Shown here piece after piece: positions 30,133-40,105 of a DNA stretch of 48,505 nt. The notes under the pieces were generated by a model, which saw only the letters and a list, made by a program, of their open reading frames with translations, had not been told where the DNA came from and did no database searches. Position 1 is the first letter of the stretch. Each line of letters begins with the position of its first letter. The DNA comes from Gemmatimonadaceae bacterium (GTDB lineage Bacteria; Gemmatimonadota; Gemmatimonadetes; Gemmatimonadales; Gemmatimonadaceae): contig JBGAJQ010000041.1 in NCBI GenBank assembly GCA_044224875.1, positions 1 through 48,505 of the forward strand, given 5' to 3'. A program made the position numbers and the translations under genes.

Positions 30133-30837
30133 AAGGGGCGCGCGGCGCAGCTGAGGTACATCCACAACGCGGGGTGACTCGTCAGGCGGATGTTCAACCG
30201 CCTGCACGAGCGCCCCGAGCATTCGAGGGAGCGTGACGAGGTCCAGCCGCATCGCCTGCTCGCGAGTCCCTGGATTGAGTTTCAGCGCCCAGTACACGGG
30301 TAGCAACGCGTACGGCCACCGGTGCCCGGGTCCCAACACATACCACGGTCGAAGGAACGTCGCGTGCATACCCGAGCCGCGAATCAGCGCCTCGCCGCGC
30401 GCTCGCACATCGACGTAGGCCTGCATGATCGCCGCCGGCTGCGCCACGCTGAGATACACGAAGTGCGAGATCCCAGCCGCGCTCGCGGCCACCACCGCCT
30501 CGCGGACCGACACAAAGTCCACCTGCTCGAACTCGGCAGCCTTCCGAGGGCTCGGCTTCGGTGTTCCGACAAGGTGCACGAAGGTGTCGCAGGGAGCGAC
30601 CGCGTTCGCGTACGTGGTGGCGTCCAAGGCGTTCCCGTACACACGCTCGCAGGCGGCGGGCAACGTCTCGGCACGACCCGCACGAACGAGCGCTCGCACG
30701 GTGTGGCCCCGCGCGAGCAGAAGGGGAACGAGTCTCGAGCCGAGGTATCCCGTCGCGCCAGTGACGAAGACTCGGCGTACGGCCAGATCTTTTTGCAGTC
30801 CGTTGCGCGTGGCGGTGGGAGATACCTCGGCGTGCAT
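30109..30837 (-). CDS. NAD(P)-binding epimerase/SDR-like protein
   Basis: VFVTGATGYLG Rossmann motif; LRPWYVLGPG. Confidence 0.88.
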   Translation of the reverse strand: MHAEVSPTATRNGLQKDLAVRRVFVTGATGYLGSRLVPLLLARGHTVRALVRAGRAETLPAACERVYGNALDATTYANAVAPCDTFVHLVGTPKPSPRKAAEFEQVDFVSVREAVVAASAAGISHFVYLSVAQPAAIMQAYVDVRARGEALIRGSGMHATFLRPWYVLGPGHRWPYALLPVYWALKLNPGTREQAMRLDLVTLPRMLGALVQAVEHPPDESPRVVDVPQLRRAPLLRPTAGR

Positions 30838-30846
30838 CCGCAGTAC

Positions 30847-31743
30847 CTAACGATTACCGAATGGTCGCGGTGGGACCGTCTTCAGGAAGGCAAAGATGGC
30901 GCGGATGTCATCGTCCGTCATCTCGCGCGTGAATCGCCACGGCATTAGCGAGTCGATCGTCGTGCCACCCGGCCGCTTGCCTTCGCGCAAGGCACGGAAG
31001 AAGTCGGCCTCTGTGTAGTGTCCGATGCCGGCGGGAGTCAGGTTCGCGGCGGGCTTGGCGTCCGGCGGCATTCCCGGAATCGGACCACCGCTGAAGGTCG
31101 GACCGTGACAACCGTTGCAGCCGCCGATGGTCGCCAGGTACCCACCATAGTCTGGAGTGGGTCCGGGAGTCGGCGCGGGCGAACGGATGGTGGTGTGTGT
31201 CACCAGGTCTGCCTCCGTAAGCGACGGGAACTTGCCGGTGGTGTAGAGCACCCACCCCAACGGACGCAGGAACGATCGCTCGGGAACGAAATCGACCGGC
31301 GGCACCGTCTTGAGGTAGGCGACAATGGCGCCCAGGTCTTGGTCCGACATGGCGTTGTAGCTGGTGGCTGGCATGACCATCAGCGGGCGCCCCGTCCGGC
31401 CGACACCGTGCCGAACCGCCGTCGACCACTGCGCCGGCGTCAGCGAGTCGCGAACACTTCCGTGACCTCCGGAGAGGTTGGCGGACCACACCTTGCCGAG
31501 GGGCCCTGCGTCGATGAAGAGCTTGCCGGCCATGTTTTCGCCGTGGCAGTCGACACACTTCGCGACGGCGCGGACCAGGTACCGGCCGCGAGCAACCGAA
31601 GCCGAGTCCGTCATGACGATCGGAGCAGAGTCGTGGATGGCAAACTGACGCGCCAACTTCTGCCTGGAGGCCAGCGCGAAGGCACCGAGTGACAGCGCGA
31701 GCAGGATGACAAACGCCGCGGCGAGTCGCAAAAGGGTACGCAT
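30847..31743 (-). CDS. Membrane-anchored diheme c-type cytochrome
   Basis: CVDCH and CNGCH heme-binding motifs, MP axial-ligand motifs, N-terminal TM segment. Confidence 0.92.
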   Translation of the reverse strand: MRTLLRLAAAFVILLALSLGAFALASRQKLARQFAIHDSAPIVMTDSASVARGRYLVRAVAKCVDCHGENMAGKLFIDAGPLGKVWSANLSGGHGSVRDSLTPAQWSTAVRHGVGRTGRPLMVMPATSYNAMSDQDLGAIVAYLKTVPPVDFVPERSFLRPLGWVLYTTGKFPSLTEADLVTHTTIRSPAPTPGPTPDYGGYLATIGGCNGCHGPTFSGGPIPGMPPDAKPAANLTPAGIGHYTEADFFRALREGKRPGGTTIDSLMPWRFTREMTDDDIRAIFAFLKTVPPRPFGNR

Positions 31744-31812
31744 GGAGAAAACGGGTCCTTTGTATGAGTTGCAGTCGGGCGACGTCGAAGCGTCCGCAGG
31801 GACGGCGCCGCC

Positions 31813-31836
31813 GACAGTTGGGTTGACCCGACTGTC
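31813..31836. promoter_or_regulatory. 24-bp imperfect palindrome, possible operator
   Basis: GACAGTTGGGT-TG-ACCCGACTGTC between the divergent cytochrome c and speA genes. Confidence 0.4.
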
Positions 31837-31895
31837 TACGTGCGGCCCGTCAATTCGGATTCAAGGCGTGGGCCTTCGCACTGGGAGTTACGCGA

Positions 31896-31904
31896 TGATA
31901 GAAT
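31896..31904 (+). promoter_or_regulatory. Extended -10 element of a probably leaderless speA transcript
   Basis: TGaTAGAAT lies 7 nt before ATG 31912, with no SD sequence in between. Confidence 0.55.
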
Positions 31905-31911
31905 TCGCGCT

Positions 31912-33897
31912 ATGACAAGCACCCGAATTCCAACGCCCACCGCCAGTTCGTCCGAGGCGGCGCCCGCGACTCCCGCTCCCGTCAACGGCTGGACCGTGGA
32001 GCAGGCCAAAACGCTCTATAACATCGAAGGGTGGGGAGTCGGGTTCTTCGACATCAACGAGGCTGGCCACGTCACCGTGCGCCCGGACCCCGAACGACCC
32101 GAAGGTTCGCTCGACTTGTTTGAGCTGGCCCGCGACCTCGAGCAACAGGGCGTGATGCTTCCGGCCCTGATCCGCTTCAGCGACATCCTCAAGACCAGGA
32201 TCCAGCAGTTGTCCGAGCGCTTCCACGCCGCCATTCGGGAGTTCGAGTACACTGGGAACTACACCACGGTCTATCCGATCAAGGTCAATCAGGAACGCCA
32301 CGTCGTCGAGGAAATCGTCGAGTTCGGAACCAAGCACGGGGTCGGGCTGGAATGCGGATCCAAGCCCGAGCTTCAGGCAGTGCTGGGACTCTCCGAGTCC
32401 AATGAGCACCTCATCGTCTGCAATGGCTACAAGGACGAAGAGTTCATGCGGCTGGCTCTCATGGGCCAGAAGTTGGGGCACACGGTCTTTGTGGTGCTCG
32501 AGCAGCTCAGCGAATTAGACGTGCTGCTGGATGCGGCCCGTGAGCTCGGTGTCACGCCAACCGCCGGCGTGCGCATCAAGCTGGCCTCCGAAGGAGCAGG
32601 GCGTTGGGCGGAGAGCGGTGGCGAGAAGTCGAAGTTCGGGCTCAACGTCGCCGAGTTGGTGAAACTCATCGACAAGCTCCGTGACGCGAACCAGCTGCAC
32701 ATCCTCAAGCTGATTCACTTCCATCTGGGCTCGCAGATCACCGACATCCGCTTCATCAAGGCGGCCCTGCAGGAGATCACCCGCTTCTATGCCGAACTTC
32801 GCACGTTAGGCGTGGACATCACGCATGTGGATGTCGGCGGCGGCCTCGGCATCGACTACGACGGCACCAACTCGACGTCGCATGCCAGCGTGAACTACAC
32901 GCTGCAGGAGTACGCCAACGACGTCGTGTACACCATCGCCGAGATGTGCCGTGAGCGGGAACTCCCCATGCCGCACATCATCAGCGAATCGGGCCGGGCG
33001 CTCACGGCCCACCACGCGCTCCTCCTGTTGAAGGTGATCGACGTCGAGTCCCAGGCCGAGCCAACGCTGCCCGAACTCACGGACGACGACGCCCAGCTCC
33101 TCCACGAGATGATGGAGGACAATCGGACGTTAGGTAAGAAGAAGCTCGCGAAGCGAAAGATCGTGGAGATCTATCACGACTCCACGTTCGACAAGGAACG
33201 CGCGCAGCAGCTGTTCAATGCGGGCGTTATGTCCCTACGCGAACGGGCGATGGCAGACACCATCTACTTCGCCAACGTGAACCGCGTCGCGCAGCACATG
33301 CAGGAGAGCCCGAACGGCTTTGACGAAATCGCAAAGGACGTGGCCGCCGCGCTCGTGGACCGGTACTTCTGCAATTTCTCGCTCTTCCAATCGTTGCCAG
33401 ACTCCTGGGCGATCGACCAGCTGTTCCCGATCATGCCCGTCCACCGTCACCTCGAGCGGCCCGATCGTCGCGGTACACTGCAGGACATCACCTGCGACTC
33501 GGACGGAAAGATCGATCGGTTCGTCGGGGACAAGCATGGCCGCCCCAGTCTGGAACTGCACGTCTACCGCGAGGACGAGGAGTACATCCTTGGTGTGTTC
33601 CTCACCGGGGCGTATCAGGAGATCCTCGGCGATCTGCACAATCTGTTTGGCGACACGAATGCCGTGCACATCCGCATGCGAGACGGAGGCTACGACATCA
33701 CGCACATGGTTCGTGGCGACACCGTGACGGAGGTGCTCAAGTACGTGCAGTTCAATGCGGGCGACCTGCTGACGACGTTTCGCCGCAAGGTGGCTTCGGC
33801 GCCGGACCTCACAAGACCCGAGGCCAACACCTTTATCGCCGAGTATGTGTATGGGTTGGAAGGGTACACGTATCTGGAGGGCGAACAGGCGAAGTAG
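31912..33897 (+). CDS. speA: Biosynthetic arginine decarboxylase
   Basis: YPIKVNQ, GLECGSKPEL, CNGYKD, HFHLGSQI, DVGGGLG.DYDG, CDSDG, GAYQEILGD.HNLFG. Confidence 0.96.
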   Translation: MTSTRIPTPTASSSEAAPATPAPVNGWTVEQAKTLYNIEGWGVGFFDINEAGHVTVRPDPERPEGSLDLFELARDLEQQGVMLPALIRFSDILKTRIQQLSERFHAAIREFEYTGNYTTVYPIKVNQERHVVEEIVEFGTKHGVGLECGSKPELQAVLGLSESNEHLIVCNGYKDEEFMRLALMGQKLGHTVFVVLEQLSELDVLLDAARELGVTPTAGVRIKLASEGAGRWAESGGEKSKFGLNVAELVKLIDKLRDANQLHILKLIHFHLGSQITDIRFIKAALQEITRFYAELRTLGVDITHVDVGGGLGIDYDGTNSTSHASVNYTLQEYANDVVYTIAEMCRERELPMPHIISESGRALTAHHALLLLKVIDVESQAEPTLPELTDDDAQLLHEMMEDNRTLGKKKLAKRKIVEIYHDSTFDKERAQQLFNAGVMSLRERAMADTIYFANVNRVAQHMQESPNGFDEIAKDVAAALVDRYFCNFSLFQSLPDSWAIDQLFPIMPVHRHLERPDRRGTLQDITCDSDGKIDRFVGDKHGRPSLELHVYREDEEYILGVFLTGAYQEILGDLHNLFGDTNAVHIRMRDGGYDITHMVRGDTVTEVLKYVQFNAGDLLTTFRRKVASAPDLTRPEANTFIAEYVYGLEGYTYLEGEQAK

Positions 33898-33912
33898 TCG
33901 CTCACCGTCAGT

Positions 33913-33953
33913 AAGAAAAAGCGGCCGGGATTGAACCCGGCCGCTTTGTTCTT
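33913..33953. terminator. Bidirectional intrinsic terminator between speA and sodA
   Basis: AAGAAAAAGCGGCCGGG-ATTGAA-CCCGGCCGCTTTGTTCTT: GC stem with A/T tracts on both sides. Confidence 0.85.
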
Positions 33954-33989
33954 ATGGGACCGCGAAGACTTGTCGCTGGGTCGAGCGCG

Positions 33990-34601
33990 TTAGGCGCCGA
34001 ACCGCTTGGCCACCTCGCCCCAGTTTACCACGTTCCACCAGGCGCCGATGTAGTCAGGCCGGCGGTTCTGGTACTTCAGGTAGTACGCATGCTCCCATAC
34101 ATCCAGTCCGAGGAGCACATCCGAGGCCTTCTTGCCCTCCATCAGGGGATTGTCCTGGTTGGGCGTGGACGTGATCGACAATCCCGATCCACTCTTGAGC
34201 AGCCAAGCCCACCCGGATCCGAAGCGTCCGACGCCCGCCGCAGTGAACTGCTCGCGAAACTTCGCGAAGTCGCCGAACGACGACTTGATGGCGTCGCCTA
34301 ACGCACCGCCCGGCTCGCCTCCCGCCTTGGGCGCCATGAGCTGCCAGAACAGCGAGTGATTCCAGTGCCCGCCGCCATTGTTCCTAACCGCCGTCCGGAT
34401 GTCGTCTGGCACGGCGTTCAGGTCGCTCACCAGGGCCTCCAATGGCTTCTGGTGCAGTTCCGCGTGCTTGTCCAACGCGGCGTTGAGGTTGTTAACGTAC
34501 GCCTGATGATGCTTCCCATGGTGGATCTGCATCGTCTGCGTGTCGATGTGCGGCTCCAACGCATCGGGTGCGTATGGCAGCGCAGGAAGTACATGGGCCA
34601 T
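33990..34601 (-). CDS. sodA: Superoxide dismutase, Mn-type signature
   Basis: [41 protein letters not shown]. Confidence 0.93.
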   Translation of the reverse strand: MAHVLPALPYAPDALEPHIDTQTMQIHHGKHHQAYVNNLNAALDKHAELHQKPLEALVSDLNAVPDDIRTAVRNNGGGHWNHSLFWQLMAPKAGGEPGGALGDAIKSSFGDFAKFREQFTAAGVGRFGSGWAWLLKSGSGLSITSTPNQDNPLMEGKKASDVLLGLDVWEHAYYLKYQNRRPDYIGAWWNVVNWGEVAKRFGA

Positions 34602-34646
34602 CCGTGAACTCTCCAATTCGTGATGAGGAACGGATGCTCGCTTGCG

Positions 34647-35288
34647 TCACTCCGCCGCAACCTGTGTCGCGGCCTTCCGCTCTCGTGCCCACGCAATGAT
34701 TCCCGGCAGGATGGAGAGAAAGATGACGCCAATGATGACGAGCTCAATGTGCTTGTCGATGCCCGGAACATACTGCCCGAGGAAATACCCCGTGAAGAGC
34801 ATGCTCCAAATCCATGCGGTACCGCCGAGGATGCTGTAGGTGAGGAACACCCGGTAGTTCATTTGCGCCACGCCAGCGACGAGCGGCGCAAACGTTCTGA
34901 TGATAGGCATGAACCGGGCAAGCACCACTGTCTTGGGGCCATGCTTCTCGTAGAACGCGTGGGCACGGTCCACGTGCTTCCGATGGAAGAAGAAGGACTC
35001 ACTCCGATTGAAGATGCGCGGCCCAGTGAGTCTCCCGATCCAGTAATTCGTGTTGTCTCCAACCACTGCCGCGAGGTTCAGCAAGATCCCGAGCTTGTAG
35101 ACATCGAGCGCAAACCCCTGCGTGGCCAGAAGCCCAGCGGTTACGAGCAGGGAATCCCCCGGGAGAAAGAAGCCGAAGAAGAGGCCCGTCTCCGTAAAAA
35201 TGATGGCCGTCAAGCCGAAGTAGCCGGCCCATTGCACTAGGGCCGGAAGATCTCGAAGACGGTCAAAGAGTTCGCTAAAGAATGACAT
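34647..35288 (-). CDS. DedA/VTT family membrane protein
   Basis: F.ETGLF.GFFLPGDSLL, ARFMPIIRTFAP. Confidence 0.93.
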   Translation of the reverse strand: MSFFSELFDRLRDLPALVQWAGYFGLTAIIFTETGLFFGFFLPGDSLLVTAGLLATQGFALDVYKLGILLNLAAVVGDNTNYWIGRLTGPRIFNRSESFFFHRKHVDRAHAFYEKHGPKTVVLARFMPIIRTFAPLVAGVAQMNYRVFLTYSILGGTAWIWSMLFTGYFLGQYVPGIDKHIELVIIGVIFLSILPGIIAWARERKAATQVAAE

Positions 35289-35396
35289 GTCAGAAGGATA
35301 GGGGGGACGGCGAGTAAAAAGTTCGGAGGTTCTCTCTGCAAGGTCAACGCCACGTTCCCTTGCGTAGAACGGCACGCTCTATCAGACTCGGCGCCG

Positions 35397-38105
35397 ATGC
35401 CCAACCCGATGTCAGCGCGCGATCTACTGGACGTGCACGTCGTCTCGCACACGCACTGGGACCGTGAATGGTACCGGACGTCTGGCGAGTTCAGGCAGCT
35501 ACTCGTGCCCCTCATCGACGAACTGCTGGATGATCCCGGCACTTCGTCCTTTCTTCTCGATGGGCAGACGATCCTGCTCGAAGATTACCTGTCGGTGCGT
35601 CCTGAGCGGGCAGCAGAACTCCGAAACGCCTTTCGACAGGGGACATTGGAGGCTGGCCCATGGTACGTCCTTGCCGACGAGCTGATCCCGTCAGGTGAGG
35701 CGCTCGTGCGAAACCTGCTGGCCGGGCGACGTGTCATGCGAAGTGTTGGAGCGACGCCCCCGCCCGTGCTTTACTCTCCGGATGCGTTCGGTCACGCGGC
35801 AGCACTCCCCACGCTGGCGGTAGGATTTGGGGCGAGCCTCGCGGTGGTCTGGCGTGGATACGGAGGATCGCGTTGGCCTCCGGGCGACGTGGTCCGCTGG
35901 CGAGCTGCCGAAGGTGCGGTGGTGTTGATCCTGCACCTCCCACCCGACGGCTACGAGTTCGGAGCGTCCCTTCCCACGGATGCGGAAGGGGCGGCGTCGC
36001 GTTGGAAACGCGTGTTGAGCGTGTTGGGCGGCCGTTCGTCCACGGGGATTGTGCTGCTCCCGAACGGCGCTGATCACCATGCGCGTCAGGCGGAGCTGCG
36101 GCTCGCCATTCAGGCGTTGGCAACGGCGGCCCAACCGCACCCTGTTCGTTGCAGCCGACTGGTTGAGCTGTCGAGTGCGCTTGCGACCAAAGTTGCTGCC
36201 AACCGGCTTCCCGAGATTTCGGGCGAGCTCCGCGACTCTTATGGGTACACGTGGACCCTGTCCGGCACACTTGGGACTCGGGCCGCGCAGAAGCGCCGCA
36301 ACGCGATCGCAGAGCGGCTCCTCGTCCACGATGTGGAACCCTGGTTGGCTATGGCGGCGCTGCGGGGTGCCGCATCGAGCGCTTCGCTGCTCGACGTGGC
36401 ATGGCGAGAGCTGCTCGCCTGTCATCCGCACGATTCGTTGTGCGGATGTTCCGTGGATGCGGTGGCGCATGCTGTGGATGCGCGCCTGACGAGTGTCATC
36501 GCCCAAGCGACGGCACTCAGCGAACGCACGACGCGCGTCCTCGCTGGGCATGACGCCGATGCGGCAATGGCGCAGCGCGACCGATGGCGGCAGGTGGTGT
36601 TGCTCCGAAACCGGGTGCCGCGCCCGCGATCAGGCGTGGCGGAGATCGAGATCGATGTCGTTTTGTCCGATGCGCCCGTGGGGCCTGGCTCTGGATCTAA
36701 CGTGCAATCCGAGGCGGCGGATCCGGTGGTAGTGCCGTCTGCTCCCCGACCACAGGCCGCCCTCGACGTGCAGCTGGCGGGAGTGTCGCCACCGCAATGG
36801 CTCACCAGCACTCGCAGTTTTTCTCGCGAGGAGGCGCCGCGCCACTACCCGAGGAATGCGTTGGTTCAGCGCCGGCGCGCACTTGTCTGGGTCGAGCAAG
36901 CCCCGCCATACGGTCTGGTGACGCTCGGCGAGGGTGCGCCTCAGCGTCTCAAACTCAAGCCGGCGCTGCGTGCGCGCGCGCTGAGACGCGGGATTTCGAA
37001 TGGTCTGCTGGATGTCGAGGTCATCGACGGCGGGGTGAGGGTTCGAGCTGGCGATCGCGTCGTCGAGAACGCGGTCACGCTGGAATCGCGAGGGGAAAAG
37101 GGCGACTTGTACACACCGTCGGGGATCCGCGGAACTGAAGGTGGCGCCACCCTCGCGCGCTGGCGCACCTCGGCACGCGGGCCATTGCGCGCCGAGCTGA
37201 CGACTTGGTGGAATGTCCCGATCGCCGCCCGTCGACTGGTGTCAGCCACGGGTACGCCGGTGGAGCATGGTTCCACTATGGAGCGTGTTGAGGTGACGTT
37301 GCAGCTGGATGCCGGAACGTCCTTCGTGCGGGCGCACGTTTCGGGTGCATGGAAAGCGCCGGACGCCCGTCTACGATGCGCCATCCGGACGGGCGTAACA
37401 CGAGGCGAGACGTGGGCCGACGCCGCCTTTGGCGACGTCCGTCGCGTGCCGGCGCAACCGTCGGCGAAGGACCAGGAAATGGAGCGCTACGTAGCCACCG
37501 CGCCGCTCCAGCGTTTTGTCTCGCGGTATTCTTCGGAATCGGGAGCCACCGTGTTCTCGGACGGAATGGCGGAGTACGAGGCGGTGGACGATGGCGCCAT
37601 CGCGGTGACGTTGGTGCGGGCCGTCGGTGAGCTCTCCCGATCAGACCTTCCCGAACGACCCGGCCATGCCGGCTGGCCCACCGAGACGCCGGACGCGCAG
37701 TCGTTGGGTCCCTTCGAGGCCACGTTTGCGTTGGCACTCCATGGTCCGCGATCGTCGTCGACGGTGGCCGCCGTTCATGAGCTGGCGGAAGACTTCCTCT
37801 TGCCCCTCACCGGAACGTCGTGGCGCTCGGCTATCGAACCGGCGTCCGTGGTCCGCGGCTTTGAGCTGTCGGGCCCACGCCTTGTCGCGTCGGCGATGAA
37901 GACGAGTGAGGATCGCGAGTGGACGGTGCTCCGCTGTGTGAACGTCGCCGACGAGTGGAGCCCCGGGCGCTGGTTTCATCCCGAGATCCGCGATGGGCGG
38001 CTGGCGCGACTGGACGAATCCCCGCTGGGCGCGCTCGTTGTTCGCGACGGTATCGTGGACTTCATCGCGCCGCCGCGCGGCGTCGTTACGATCCTCGTGC
38101 GGTGA
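35397..38105 (+). CDS. GH38 alpha-mannosidase (MngB-like), cytoplasmic
   Basis: SHTHWDREWY, FLLDGQ, GPWY, D.FGH, NG.DH, HDSLCGCSVD. Confidence 0.92.
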   Translation: MPNPMSARDLLDVHVVSHTHWDREWYRTSGEFRQLLVPLIDELLDDPGTSSFLLDGQTILLEDYLSVRPERAAELRNAFRQGTLEAGPWYVLADELIPSGEALVRNLLAGRRVMRSVGATPPPVLYSPDAFGHAAALPTLAVGFGASLAVVWRGYGGSRWPPGDVVRWRAAEGAVVLILHLPPDGYEFGASLPTDAEGAASRWKRVLSVLGGRSSTGIVLLPNGADHHARQAELRLAIQALATAAQPHPVRCSRLVELSSALATKVAANRLPEISGELRDSYGYTWTLSGTLGTRAAQKRRNAIAERLLVHDVEPWLAMAALRGAASSASLLDVAWRELLACHPHDSLCGCSVDAVAHAVDARLTSVIAQATALSERTTRVLAGHDADAAMAQRDRWRQVVLLRNRVPRPRSGVAEIEIDVVLSDAPVGPGSGSNVQSEAADPVVVPSAPRPQAALDVQLAGVSPPQWLTSTRSFSREEAPRHYPRNALVQRRRALVWVEQAPPYGLVTLGEGAPQRLKLKPALRARALRRGISNGLLDVEVIDGGVRVRAGDRVVENAVTLESRGEKGDLYTPSGIRGTEGGATLARWRTSARGPLRAELTTWWNVPIAARRLVSATGTPVEHGSTMERVEVTLQLDAGTSFVRAHVSGAWKAPDARLRCAIRTGVTRGETWADAAFGDVRRVPAQPSAKDQEMERYVATAPLQRFVSRYSSESGATVFSDGMAEYEAVDDGAIAVTLVRAVGELSRSDLPERPGHAGWPTETPDAQSLGPFEATFALALHGPRSSSTVAAVHELAEDFLLPLTGTSWRSAIEPASVVRGFELSGPRLVASAMKTSEDREWTVLRCVNVADEWSPGRWFHPEIRDGRLARLDESPLGALVVRDGIVDFIAPPRGVVTILVR

Positions 38106-38151
38106 AACGAGGAGCGGCGCGACATCGCACGATCGCGCCACTCTTCATGAG

Positions 38152-38622
38152 CTACTTCTTGACTTCGAAGTCTTTCGATCCTGCCGACTTGCCGTCGAAC
38201 CAAATCTCGACCTTGTACTTGCCGGCGGGCCACGGCGTTTTCTTCGAGATGTGAAATTCCGTGACGGCCGTTGTGTTCACCGAATCTGTGCGAGCCAGCG
38301 CTTGGGTCGTCGAGTCGACCAGCTGGCCTGTCTGGAAAGTCCACATGGCCGTCAGCGACGACGCGGACGTAGCGTGCTCCGTCACCACCGACACATACAT
38401 CGTGTCGCGCACCTTGAACACCGACGTGGTGTCGCTCACGCGACTGTTGGCACCCAGCGAACGTCCGAGGTCGATGGCGGTGACCGCCGGAGCCGGCGGC
38501 GGAGCCGGAGCCGCAGCGGGGGGCGGCGTCTCTGCTGGGGGAGCGCTTTCCTTCTTGGAGCAGGCGACCGCGATCACGCATACGGCGAACGCGGCCACTC
38601 GAATCATCGAATAGCGCGGCAT
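38152..38622 (-). CDS. Hypothetical lipoprotein with Ig-like domain
   Basis: Lipobox AVAC, Pro/Ala linker, W..G.YKVEI. Confidence 0.8.
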   Translation of the reverse strand: MPRYSMIRVAAFAVCVIAVACSKKESAPPAETPPPAAAPAPPPAPAVTAIDLGRSLGANSRVSDTTSVFKVRDTMYVSVVTEHATSASSLTAMWTFQTGQLVDSTTQALARTDSVNTTAVTEFHISKKTPWPAGKYKVEIWFDGKSAGSKDFEVKK

Positions 38623-38642
38623 GACGATTGGATTCCTCACCA

Positions 38643-38900
38643 CTAGAGCTGCGGGATCTTGAGGACCTGTCCGGGATGGATGAGGTCCGGGTTTTTCACG
38701 ATGGCCTTGTTCGCCTCCCAAATCGCCTTCCACTTCATGGCGTCGCCGTAGAAGTGGCGCGCAATTTTCGACAGACTGTCGCCCGACTTCACGGTGTACG
38801 TCTGCTCCTGCGGTTTGGCCTCGGCCTCGGGCATCGAGGTCGAGGAGCTGCCTCCCTGAACGTCGGAAAAATCGGGGAGGGGCTCGTTAGGATTTCCCAT
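38643..38900 (-). CDS. Small LysM-domain protein (Kbp/YgaU-type LysM)
   Basis: YTVKSGDSLSKIA..FYG....W..I.EAN...NPDLI.PGQ.L.IP. Confidence 0.92.
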   Translation of the reverse strand: MGNPNEPLPDFSDVQGGSSSTSMPEAEAKPQEQTYTVKSGDSLSKIARHFYGDAMKWKAIWEANKAIVKNPDLIHPGQVLKIPQL

Positions 38901-38928
38901 GCGATCCACCTGAGAATGTGATGGGTGA

Positions 38929-39132
38929 TCAGTCCGTGAGCACGAAGGTGACCTTCATGGCCACACGATACTCGCTCACTTTGCCGTTCTTCATCTCGAT
39001 CTTCATGCTCTTCACCCAGGCTCCGCTCACACCCTTCAGCGTCTTGTTGGCGCGCTTGAGCCCGGCCTGGATTGCGTCATCGAAGCTCTTTGAGCTGCTG
39101 GAGATGATCTCAGTCACTTTGGCGACAGCCAT
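38929..39132 (-). CDS. Dodecin family protein
   Basis: GAGG RBS; VAKVTEI..SS.KSFDDAI, W.K, EYRV.MKVTF. Confidence 0.92.
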   Translation of the reverse strand: MAVAKVTEIISSSSKSFDDAIQAGLKRANKTLKGVSGAWVKSMKIEMKNGKVSEYRVAMKVTFVLTD

Positions 39133-39259
39133 CGGGTCGTTCCTCGAAGTTTGGCGCGCGAGCACGGGCGTCGCGCGCGCATGATGTACGTGACAGTCCA
39201 AGAATGATCGCGCAAGTACTGTCGTTGCACCAGACGGAATGCTGCAACGTCGAGGTTGC

Positions 39260-40105
39260 TTATGCTCGTTCGGAGAGCACCGCCACACGCTCACCAGCGA
39301 GCATGTCGCGCAGGTCGTCGCCAAGGATTGTGGTGGCGAGCACCGTGAGAATGATGGCAAGCCCAGGAGCCACGGCGACCCACGGCGCGGTAACGATCAG
39401 GTCGCGACCGCCAGCGATCATGTTGCCCCAACTTGGATGGGGTGGTTGCACGCCCAAACCAAGGAACGCCAGTCCGCTTTCCAGCAAAATGGCGTTGCCG
39501 ACACCAAGTGTGGTTGCGACGAGGGCTGGGCCCAGAGCGTTCGGCAACACGTGCCGCCACACCAAACGCCAGCCCCCGGCGCCAAGCGCGTGAGCGGCAT
39601 CCACGTAGAGCAGCTGGCGAATACCGAGTACCTCGCCGCGAACGAGTCGCGCCACCCCCATCCATCCGGTCATCGCCAATACCCAAACGACCGCGCCCGC
39701 GCCCGGGCGCCAAAGCGCGGCCACAAGTAGTAGCAGAATGAGACGCGGCAAGGACAGCATGGCGTCCGAGACCGCCATCGCTACCCGATCGACCATGCCA
39801 CCCCACCATCCCGCGCAAGCGCCAATCAGCGCACCTAACGTGGATGCGAGTAGGGATCCCCCGATGCCAATTGCCAATGAGAGACGGCCGGCGAGCATCA
39901 TTCGAACCAGCAGGTCGCGGCCAAAGCGGTCGGTCCCCAACAGGTGCCAATGTCCCGAGGCGTCGTATGACAATGGCGGGGTAAGTCGCGCGGCAACCAC
40001 GTCACCGATCATCAGCGGGTCCTGACCGGCCAGGAGAGGAATCGTCCACGCCGCCAGTAGCAACGTGGCGAGGGTCCAGCTGGCTCGGCGACCGGCCCGG
40101 CTCAT
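39260..40105 (-). CDS. Opp/Dpp-type ABC permease (OppC/DppC-like)
   Basis: LGTDRFGRD, EAA-type loop Y.DAA.ALGA, RHVLPN, SWGNMI. Confidence 0.93.
   Translation of the reverse strand: MSRAGRRASWTLATLLLAAWTIPLLAGQDPLMIGDVVAARLTPPLSYDASGHWHLLGTDRFGRDLLVRMMLAGRLSLAIGIGGSLLASTLGALIGACAGWWGGMVDRVAMAVSDAMLSLPRLILLLLVAALWRPGAGAVVWVLAMTGWMGVARLVRGEVLGIRQLLYVDAAHALGAGGWRLVWRHVLPNALGPALVATTLGVGNAILLESGLAFLGLGVQPPHPSWGNMIAGGRDLIVTAPWVAVAPGLAIILTVLATTILGDDLRDMLAGERVAVLSERA

Noticed and set aside
11529..33994. Integron cassette array interpretation of the motif copies
   Set aside because: Most copies are solitary and lie inside core genes, gene orientations are mixed, no paired L boxes are visible, and no integrase is present.
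6093..37058. About eight GCGATCGC (HIP1) octamers
   Set aside because: Plausibly explained by common GCG-ATC-GCN (Ala-Ile-Ala) codons in a GC-rich genome; not clearly enriched.
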